The notes beneath the pieces are model-generated. The model ran no database searches. It was not told where the DNA came from and saw only the letters and a program-made list of their open reading frames with translations. Source: a virus (lineage: Duplodnaviria > Caudoviricetes). Taken from it: a DNA stretch of 64,000 nucleotides. The stretch is from the IMG/VR virus record IMGVR_UViG_2061766007_000705; one strand, written 5' to 3'. Positions 56,998-64,000 of the stretch are shown piece by piece (within the stretch, counting starts at the first letter, position 1; every line of letters begins with the position of its first letter). Position numbers and translations under genes: made by a program.

Positions 56998-58010
56998 TAA
57001 TAAGCACCCCCTAACATAATATCTATATTTATCTTTTCTTCCGTTATATTATTCTTACACTCTATTACAATAGGTGCAGTAAGATACTTTTTAATATTTT
57101 TAATTGTAAAATGATTATCATCTACAACAGTAAATTCATATCTACTTGTTGGTACGACATCATTAATTATAGTAAATGTAAAAGTATCAGTTGTTACATT
57201 ACCATCTACAAATCTGAAACAACTAAACTCAGTTGTTTGACCTTGTAATACAGTATGATTTTCTGGTAAAATTTCAGTATATTCTTCTTGTTGTGCAGTA
57301 TTATCAATTACAGGCATACCACCATTAAGTCTATCATCAAAATCATCTGTACTTTGAATTGTATCCAAAGTTGCTTCAACTCTAATGAGTGGACTTCCTT
57401 TTTCGTCAAAAGTAGTATCGCTTAAATAATTGATAACTGATTTAACTTTATATGCTTGATTGTAACCAATTAAAAATCTATCATTAATTGAAATATCTTT
57501 TGTGATGTCATTCATTTGTAGCCAAATGGCAATAGCACCTTGTGGCACATCAACTGAATTATTATAATACACACTACCAAATTTTAAAGCAGGGTCAATA
57601 ACACAAGGCTCTTTGTAAATAACATTTTGTTTATTAATAAAAGTCAAATAATTATTACACCTATGAATAACGCAATTCTTTGTAGGTGAACTATATTTCT
57701 GTATATTTACTGTAAGCCAAATGCTATTTTTATATCTATATTTTTGCCCCATAATTGGATTTTCATCAACATTAAAAATTAATGCCAACCAATCATCGGA
57801 TAATGCCAAACCCGTACCTGGGTCGGTGACACTTGTTAGTCTTATGTTAATATTTTCGTATTCGTTTTGACCTATAGCCAATTGCCTTTCAATCTCAAAC
57901 CAATTATAAGCATTTCTGTATTGACGTGACATAAATGCATTCCATCCGTTTTGACGTTTTACATTTGGTGGTACACGTAATGGTAACGAAGCATCCCAAT
58001 ATTTACCCAT
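56997..58010 (-). CDS. Putative head closure / stopper protein
   Basis: Gene order; RCNNYL motif; C-terminal Ig-like segment. Confidence 0.5.
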   Translation of the reverse strand: MGKYWDASLPLRVPPNVKRQNGWNAFMSRQYRNAYNWFEIERQLAIGQNEYENINIRLTSVTDPGTGLALSDDWLALIFNVDENPIMGQKYRYKNSIWLTVNIQKYSSPTKNCVIHRCNNYLTFINKQNVIYKEPCVIDPALKFGSVYYNNSVDVPQGAIAIWLQMNDITKDISINDRFLIGYNQAYKVKSVINYLSDTTFDEKGSPLIRVEATLDTIQSTDDFDDRLNGGMPVIDNTAQQEEYTEILPENHTVLQGQTTEFSCFRFVDGNVTTDTFTFTIINDVVPTSRYEFTVVDDNHFTIKNIKKYLTAPIVIECKNNITEEKINIDIMLGGAY

Positions 58011-58021
58011 TGTATCACCAC

Positions 58022-58366
58022 CTATTCTTCATCGGTGCGGGTATAATTTGATTGTATCTTTTTACAAATGTTGATTAATCCGAATACTTGAGACCTTAAT
58101 ATATCGTGGTCATCAATTGTAATATCTTTCAACCCCTCGACAATATTTCTCATAGTTTCAAATTCGGCAATGTTTTCATAGTTTCTTACGCAACCAGACA
58201 ATTCAATCTTTAACTTTACTAATGATTTCTGATAATTATCGTATGCAACCTCACGTGGAACTACTGTATCCGTATCGTTATTTACACGACCTTCCATAGT
58301 ACATAATAAAGCATAAAATGATGAAATTAATTTGGTGCAGTAATTATTTAGTACGTTTTTATTCAT
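58022..58366 (-). CDS. Hypothetical structural-module protein
   Basis: Gene order. Confidence 0.55.
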   Translation of the reverse strand: MNKNVLNNYCTKLISSFYALLCTMEGRVNNDTDTVVPREVAYDNYQKSLVKLKIELSGCVRNYENIAEFETMRNIVEGLKDITIDDHDILRSQVFGLINICKKIQSNYTRTDEE

Positions 58367-58388
58367 TAGTCTATCCCTTCTTATTACT

Positions 58389-58838
58389 TTACCAACTTTG
58401 TAATGTTGGATTGTTTAACCAATCAGCATTACTGTAACCGTATTCTGAAATCATACGGTCACACTCTTCTGTGACAACATTGTAATACTCTTTCTTTGCA
58501 TTAAGATTTTGAGCTGATGAATGTGTCTTAAAATCTCTGTCATTTAATGGATTATCTATTTGGGTTACATTACTAATCCTTTTCTTCAACCATACCTTAT
58601 GCATTAATTTAGATAAGATTGTTTTCTCTACATCCGTTAATGTTACGTTAAAGTGTGCTTCTTCATCATCCCTATCGGACAAATCTTTTTTACACTTTGA
58701 AAACTCAGCAATCGCCAACATCAAAAACCCTTGCAAATATGTCTGAAAATCACTGGGTGAAACATCATACAATTCTTTCAATTCGTAATCATCCACAACT
58801 TGAGTGAATAAATCATAAATTTCATCATATGTTGTCAT
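58389..58838 (-). CDS. Head-tail adaptor protein
   Basis: MTTYDEIYDLF...FNVTLTDVEKTIL...DFKTHS.A; gene order. Confidence 0.6.
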   Translation of the reverse strand: MTTYDEIYDLFTQVVDDYELKELYDVSPSDFQTYLQGFLMLAIAEFSKCKKDLSDRDDEEAHFNVTLTDVEKTILSKLMHKVWLKKRISNVTQIDNPLNDRDFKTHSSAQNLNAKKEYYNVVTEECDRMISEYGYSNADWLNNPTLQSW

Positions 58839-58850
58839 AATTTTTCACCA

Positions 58851-59573
58851 TTATTTTTCTGATTCTATTTCTTTAACAGTTTCTTCATAATGCATATAAT
58901 CATCAACCATTGTATCAATATTGACCTTGCAATCCTTATTGATAACATTGATTATATTCATAGATACATCTTGATTATCAACAACTGCCTTAACAACATT
59001 GTTAATTACTGCTTTCTTCTGAGAAGATGATAATTTTGTGAAAATAGGTTCAAATTCATCTACGCTCTTATTAACGAGTTCATCCAAAGCCTGCTTATTT
59101 AAAATTTCATCATAATTAGCCTTTAAGCCTTGTGCACTTACAACTTTTTCATTCAGAATGTAAAAAGCACCTTCCATTGCCAACTTACGATGGTTTCTAA
59201 CGATTTCCATAATATCAGAATAAATAATATTCTGTACTTCGCCATACTCACCAAAGTTATAGAACTTACCTTTTCCAGCCTTCAGAATCAGTCTTGTAGA
59301 AGCAAGTGACATAACTGGGATATATCTATCTGGACGAATTACAATCTCGTCATAATCTTCAATTTCACTTTGCTGAACTTCTACATTATTTGTAGTTGTA
59401 TTTGCAACAACTGTATTCTGTGTGTTTGCAAGATTCTCAATGAGTTTCTTCATTTCATCAAGTTGAGACTGCATATCGCTAACAGTGTTTGTAAGTTGTG
59501 CATTTTCCATTTCCAATTGTGCCTTAGTTTTAGTATTTGCTGTTGTTGTTGTCTTAGACTTAGTATTAGCCAT
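58851..59573 (-). CDS. Hypothetical protein after the major capsid gene
   Basis: Gene order (SPbeta yonA position). Confidence 0.55.
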   Translation of the reverse strand: MANTKSKTTTTANTKTKAQLEMENAQLTNTVSDMQSQLDEMKKLIENLANTQNTVVANTTTNNVEVQQSEIEDYDEIVIRPDRYIPVMSLASTRLILKAGKGKFYNFGEYGEVQNIIYSDIMEIVRNHRKLAMEGAFYILNEKVVSAQGLKANYDEILNKQALDELVNKSVDEFEPIFTKLSSSQKKAVINNVVKAVVDNQDVSMNIINVINKDCKVNIDTMVDDYMHYEETVKEIESEK

Positions 59574-59616
59574 AATTTTCGTTCCTTTCTTCTTTTAATC
59601 GAAATATCCTTAAACA

Positions 59617-59650
59617 AAGTGGGGAGATAAATTAATATCTCCCCACAAAA
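59617..59650. terminator. Terminator after the major capsid gene
   Basis: GTGGGGAGATA/TATCTCCCCAC stem, TTTGTTT on the minus strand. Confidence 0.8.
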
Positions 59651-59678
59651 TGTATGTGTACGAATTAATCAGTATTAA

Positions 59679-60779
59679 TTACTGAAGTACATAAAGAGCT
59701 GCTACAGACGAAGTAGCAATTGCAGTACCCCAAGACTTAATCATAGTGGTGTCAGACTGGAGGTTAGCATTTTCAAAGTGGTTAGTTGTGTTGGAGAGAG
59801 TGTTGCCCTCGATGCAGAGTTTAACTGGCTTGCTCTGCGGAGCGATGATATAGAGTTTATCATCATCAAGCAGAGTAGCGAATGGGTTCTCCCAATCTGC
59901 AACCTGCGGAAGTTCAAGAGTGTCATAACCAGAAATAGTCTGAATATAACCAACCTTTACGTAATCACTCTGAATGTCATATCTATAGTTTGCATTTGCA
60001 GGAAGTACCTTTGCAAGAGCAGCTTTAGTACCTACAACGATAGGCTTCATACCACCGTTCCAAGCGGAAACCTTTGTCGCAAGGTCAACGAGAGTACCTT
60101 GGTCGAATGCACCAGTAACCTTAAGAGCAGTGTTAGAAGGAGTAGTAGGAAGATTGTTCATAGCAGTGTTGAATGCTACATAGCAATCATAAGCCATCTG
60201 AGTCTCAATGCTTCTAATAGCTTTGATAGCGAACTCAGCCAGAGATTCCTTACCACAGAGAACTCTGTAAAGGGAAACCTGTACAGTGATTTCTCTTGCT
60301 TCTGGAATAACGTTTACTTGACCTCTGAACTGCTTTGTGCTTTCAACCTTTCTGCGACCTCTACCGTGCTTTGATACGAGGAACAGGTCTCTAGGCTGAA
60401 CGTCAAATGAGAAGGAATCGCCCCAATCACCTACACGTACTTCTGTGTAAAGACCAGTGTCTTCGATAATAGTCTCAGGAAGAACCATATCAATCATAGC
60501 ACCGATAACTGCAAATGTCGCCCAAATTACGTTAGGGTTCATAGCAAACGAAGCCATTGGAAGATTACCGATATTGGAAACCTGGGATACTCTCTCGATT
60601 TCAGAGAAGAGAGCCTTGTTGATTGCTTCTTCCTTCTGAACGAGGTCTTTGGAAGTATCGAAAGTTACCTTTGAGCCATAGTTCTGAGACTTGTAGTGAT
60701 TAAAATAATCACGGAAACTCTCATATACAGACATATTGTCGCCTGCAAATGTTACGATTTTATCTGAATAAATAGCCAT
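59679..60779 (-). CDS. Major capsid protein
   Basis: 366 aa, strongest codon bias in the window, after scaffold/decoration genes, followed by a terminator. Confidence 0.8.
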   Translation of the reverse strand: MAIYSDKIVTFAGDNMSVYESFRDYFNHYKSQNYGSKVTFDTSKDLVQKEEAINKALFSEIERVSQVSNIGNLPMASFAMNPNVIWATFAVIGAMIDMVLPETIIEDTGLYTEVRVGDWGDSFSFDVQPRDLFLVSKHGRGRRKVESTKQFRGQVNVIPEAREITVQVSLYRVLCGKESLAEFAIKAIRSIETQMAYDCYVAFNTAMNNLPTTPSNTALKVTGAFDQGTLVDLATKVSAWNGGMKPIVVGTKAALAKVLPANANYRYDIQSDYVKVGYIQTISGYDTLELPQVADWENPFATLLDDDKLYIIAPQSKPVKLCIEGNTLSNTTNHFENANLQSDTTMIKSWGTAIATSSVAALYVLQ

Positions 60780-60810
60780 AATGGATTTTTCTCCTTTCCT
60801 TAAAATTTAA

Positions 60811-61329
60811 TTAGTTATTAACAACTCTTAACTGATAAGCAGTAACTCTCTGAGTGTCACCAAGAGAACCATTACCGATGGAAACATAAGTAACCTTCTC
60901 AATAAGTGCACAGAAAGTATCAGTAGCAGCTGCTGTTGCAAATACGAGTTTGCCAGTTGCATCAATAACAACGTGGGTATCGCCAGATGCATAAGTATCT
61001 TCACCAATCTGAGTGAATGTAAGAATATCTTCTACCTGTGGCTTGAAGCCCTGGAATACGGAACCAGAAGCGATAGAATAATTTCTTGGGTCTGGGTCAA
61101 GACCTTTATATTTACCGTCTGTTACGTTTACTTCTGGGTCATATGCCATCCAAATACCAACAGTTTTACCTACTGGCTTTGTGCAAGTATGACAATCCTT
61201 CTGACCTGCGGTAGTGGACAGAGCACCCATAACAATTGGGTCACCATTGTGCAGTACGGCAGGAGCGATAAATGAAGCCTGAAAAGTATCTTCATTAGAC
61301 ACTAAGTTCTGAATAAGTACATTAGCCAT
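60811..61329 (-). CDS. Capsid decoration / cement protein
   Basis: 172 aa, between scaffold and capsid, high-expression codons. Confidence 0.6.
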   Translation of the reverse strand: MANVLIQNLVSNEDTFQASFIAPAVLHNGDPIVMGALSTTAGQKDCHTCTKPVGKTVGIWMAYDPEVNVTDGKYKGLDPDPRNYSIASGSVFQGFKPQVEDILTFTQIGEDTYASGDTHVVIDATGKLVFATAAATDTFCALIEKVTYVSIGNGSLGDTQRVTAYQLRVVNN

Positions 61330-61357
61330 AATTAAAATTTCCTCACTTTCTCAAAAA

Positions 61358-63217
61358 TTAATCATCCCAAACAAATCTTTTTTCGTGTTTGGTAGTTGTG
61401 TTATTGTTTGCGTTATTGTTAAAAGACAATCCCATCTTTGTGATGTCATCATCTTTCTTAGCATTAGTAGTAGAGAACATAAATGCTTTGGAGTAAACCT
61501 TTTCTTTCCAACTTTCGATATTTTCAAACGAGAAGTTTTGAGCATCAGTTTTCCAAGAATCAAGTTCTTCCATAGGAATATTAGCGCATCTATCTTGAAC
61601 TTCCATAATAGTTGACATTACAACTTGATTCTTCTTTTCGTTCTCGATAGAAGCCTTGAACTCTCTGAGTTCTTCGCATTCTTTCTTGAGTGCTTCAAAA
61701 TCAGCCTTAAGTTGCTCATAATCCATTTCAACTGTAATTTCGCCATCTTCTTCTTTGTTTTCCTCAGAAGTTTCATCAGCACAGTCTACTTTTTCACATT
61801 CAGTCTTTTCACACTCAGTCTTTTCGCATTCTGTCTTTTCACATTCAGCCTTTTCTTCACTAAATTCCTCTTTGGATTCAGTATTGTCTGTATTTTCTTC
61901 GCTGAAATTTTCAACTTCTTCTGTCTTTTCTGTTTCGTCACTGAAATTTTCTGTAAGAGTTTCTTCAGCAGTTTCTTCTACCTTTTCGGAGTTATTTTCT
62001 ACAATCTCTTGTTCAGTTTCAGCAGACATTGTTTCAACAGTTACTTCTTTTTCTTCAGTATTTGTAGTCTCTTCAGAAAATTCAACTGTTTCTTCAGTAG
62101 TCTTTTCAACTACTTCATCTTCAGACATATTAAGAACTTCGTTGTCTTGAATATTTTCAGTTTTAACTTCGTTATTCATAGCGTTATTCTCAACATCAAA
62201 CAAAACATTATCGTTTTGTTGCGTTAATGCCTCCTTCCTTTCATTATTTTCATTATTAACAATAGTATCATTAGCAACAAAATAACGATTAATTGTGTTA
62301 TCTATATTGTCTAATTCACTAAAAATTTGACTTAACCATTCATAACCTTCAACACCACCCCAAAGTTGATAACGTACATATTCAAGTGTTATCTCATTAT
62401 CACCTTGAAGTTTTTGTAATCCTTTTACGGATGGATAATATCTCTTATAGTGTCTTGCTTTATTAATGTCTATAGTATCGTGTGTAGATAAATATCTTGC
62501 AGTAGCCATAGATACACTATCATAAGTAAAACCATATTCTTCTTGTAATTCCAAAGCTCTTTTTGCAATATTTTTAATATTCTCTGGAATAGCCCAAGTG
62601 TTATTACTAAAATCAATTCTATGACGATATACACTTGTTGCTTCTTCTACGAAACCTTGTACATTTTCATCAGAGAATTTTGTAATCTCTATTTTTGCAC
62701 CTTTACAAGCAGGCATATGGTCTAAACCTAAAACAGTTACACCCATAAAACAAAATTCAGTTATATATGTTTTGTCATCTTCCTCATTGTATTCAGTATC
62801 GGTTACATATATTTCCATAGAAACGTCTCTATGGTTCAGACCGTCATCAAATATATCGTATGCCCATTCCGCATAAATCTTAGAAATAATGGCATTTGCC
62901 ACAATATAATTGATACCTCTGTCATCTTTTTTAATGACAATTTTGCTTTCTTTTGGGAAGAAACCCAATATCAATTGAGCAGAACCTTCGTGCCCCATAA
63001 AATCGCTTCCATCAAAGCCCGCTACCAAAAACTTATTATAGAGGGTAGGAATTGCATTAACTAACGCATTATGAGTAATAGGCATTTCATGAGCATTATC
63101 ACCTTCACAACAAACCCACACTTCAGCGATTGCTAATTGTTCATCGGACAGTTCTTTCAACATACTAATCTTGTCAATCTTAAACTTCATTATTTCTTTG
63201 TCCATTAGAAAACCCAC
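61358..63217 (-). CDS. Prohead protease fused to an acidic scaffold
   Basis: N-terminal domain with FMGHE, VSMEI, GVTVLG..PAC; long E-rich and coiled-coil C-terminus. Confidence 0.75.
   Translation of the reverse strand: MGFLMDKEIMKFKIDKISMLKELSDEQLAIAEVWVCCEGDNAHEMPITHNALVNAIPTLYNKFLVAGFDGSDFMGHEGSAQLILGFFPKESKIVIKKDDRGINYIVANAIISKIYAEWAYDIFDDGLNHRDVSMEIYVTDTEYNEEDDKTYITEFCFMGVTVLGLDHMPACKGAKIEITKFSDENVQGFVEEATSVYRHRIDFSNNTWAIPENIKNIAKRALELQEEYGFTYDSVSMATARYLSTHDTIDINKARHYKRYYPSVKGLQKLQGDNEITLEYVRYQLWGGVEGYEWLSQIFSELDNIDNTINRYFVANDTIVNNENNERKEALTQQNDNVLFDVENNAMNNEVKTENIQDNEVLNMSEDEVVEKTTEETVEFSEETTNTEEKEVTVETMSAETEQEIVENNSEKVEETAEETLTENFSDETEKTEEVENFSEENTDNTESKEEFSEEKAECEKTECEKTECEKTECEKVDCADETSEENKEEDGEITVEMDYEQLKADFEALKKECEELREFKASIENEKKNQVVMSTIMEVQDRCANIPMEELDSWKTDAQNFSFENIESWKEKVYSKAFMFSTTNAKKDDDITKMGLSFNNNANNNTTTKHEKRFVWDD
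61791..61855. repeat. 15-bp tandem repeat (about 4 copies) encoding ECEK(T/V)
   Basis: TTTTCACATTCAGTC-type units at 61791, 61806, 61821, 61836. Confidence 0.85.
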
Positions 63218-63226
63218 ACCCCCTTT

Positions 63227-64000
63227 CTATTGATATTCTCTTGAAGTTGCACCACTATCTTTTAAGTCGCTACTATCTTTCTTTGGCGCACCCTTACCAT
63301 CATCTACACCATTATTTTTATCACTATTAGTATAAATATTAAGCATTGGAGTAAGCAAATCGCTAAATCCAGTTGCCTTTGTCTTTTCTAATGATTTCAT
63401 CAAATGATGTGGTGGAATCTGTAATGCATAAGCAAGTCTATCTGGCATTACAACACCTACTGATGAATATTTTAAGAATTCATCCATTCTTCTATCCTTG
63501 TCAAGAAATGTGTTGTTACCACCAAGATAAATCTTAAATTTATATTTCTTAGTGAGACCATTGATGTAATATTCTAAGAACAATTCAAAATACTTGTACA
63601 TATATTCAACTGCCATAACATCCATATCTACACTTAATTGTGTTTCCATAACGTTGAGTTTTTCACTACCGTCAAATATAAGTCTTGTATTTACACCACT
63701 CATAGAAGCAGTGGTCTTTGCATAATCATCTAAGATATTCTTACTATTATTAAAATCAAAATCTAATGTTTTTACATCACTAAACGGAACTGCACCAGTT
63801 TTGATAACATCACCAATAGCATTTTTAAGTAAGCCCAAGAATTTTCCAGCTGTATCAGCATCAAGAGCTACCATATCCTTAACATTACCGCCTTTTGGAT
63901 TGTTAAGCATAGGAATTAAGCCTACCATTATTTTTGTACAAGCAATTATATCTTTATTTTTTTGCAGTTTACGTTTTAATGGCAATAATGCCACATCTTG
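63227..64000 (-). CDS. Portal protein, C-terminal part (truncated by the window)
   Basis: Open to the window edge; directly upstream of the protease; C-terminal GAPKKD...SGATSRE motif. Confidence 0.7.
   Translation of the reverse strand, partial: QDVALLPLKRKLQKNKDIIACTKIMVGLIPMLNNPKGGNVKDMVALDADTAGKFLGLLKNAIGDVIKTGAVPFSDVKTLDFDFNNSKNILDDYAKTTASMSGVNTRLIFDGSEKLNVMETQLSVDMDVMAVEYMYKYFELFLEYYINGLTKKYKFKIYLGGNNTFLDKDRRMDEFLKYSSVGVVMPDRLAYALQIPPHHLMKSLEKTKATGFSDLLTPMLNIYTNSDKNNGVDDGKGAPKKDSSDLKDSGATSREYQ

Noticed and set aside
54620-62227. Long plus-strand ORFs (54620..55420, 59778..60374, 61625..62227)
   Set aside because: Antisense shadows of strongly codon-biased structural genes; no RBS or recognisable motifs
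1-64000. Stop-codon reassignment or tRNA genes
   Set aside because: Standard-code ORFs tile the window densely; no cloverleaf was recognised by eye (tRNAscan-SE would confirm)

Overview
A 64 kb segment of a large, AT-rich, SPbeta-like siphovirus (or its prophage) of a low-GC Firmicute. Nearly every gene is on the minus strand. In transcription order (right to left): partial portal, protease/scaffold, capsid, head-tail and tail-tube genes; a tyrosine recombinase embedded in the tail module; a 2375-aa tape measure; baseplate genes; a tail-fibre cassette; two giant multidomain proteins (1280 and 2122 aa); an M23 endolysin with three membrane proteins; a lone plus-strand dUTPase; about 20 small accessory ORFs; and a replication module (SSB-like, Sak4-like ATPase, helicase loader, DnaB, primase, PD-(D/E)XK nuclease, DnaE, RecD2). 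Two tnpA-less TnpB elements (IS605-type and IS607-type) sit in a promoter and a ribosome-binding site, and each regenerates the signal it interrupts. The most unusual signal is a composite non-coding element found three times in the same orientation: tandem NrdR-box-like 10-mers at about 31-bp pitch, followed 33-34 bp later by an 18-bp ATAAAA-N6-TTTTAW palindrome. Two copies bracket the tail-fibre cassette. All functional calls come from motif recognition and gene order; no database search was run.
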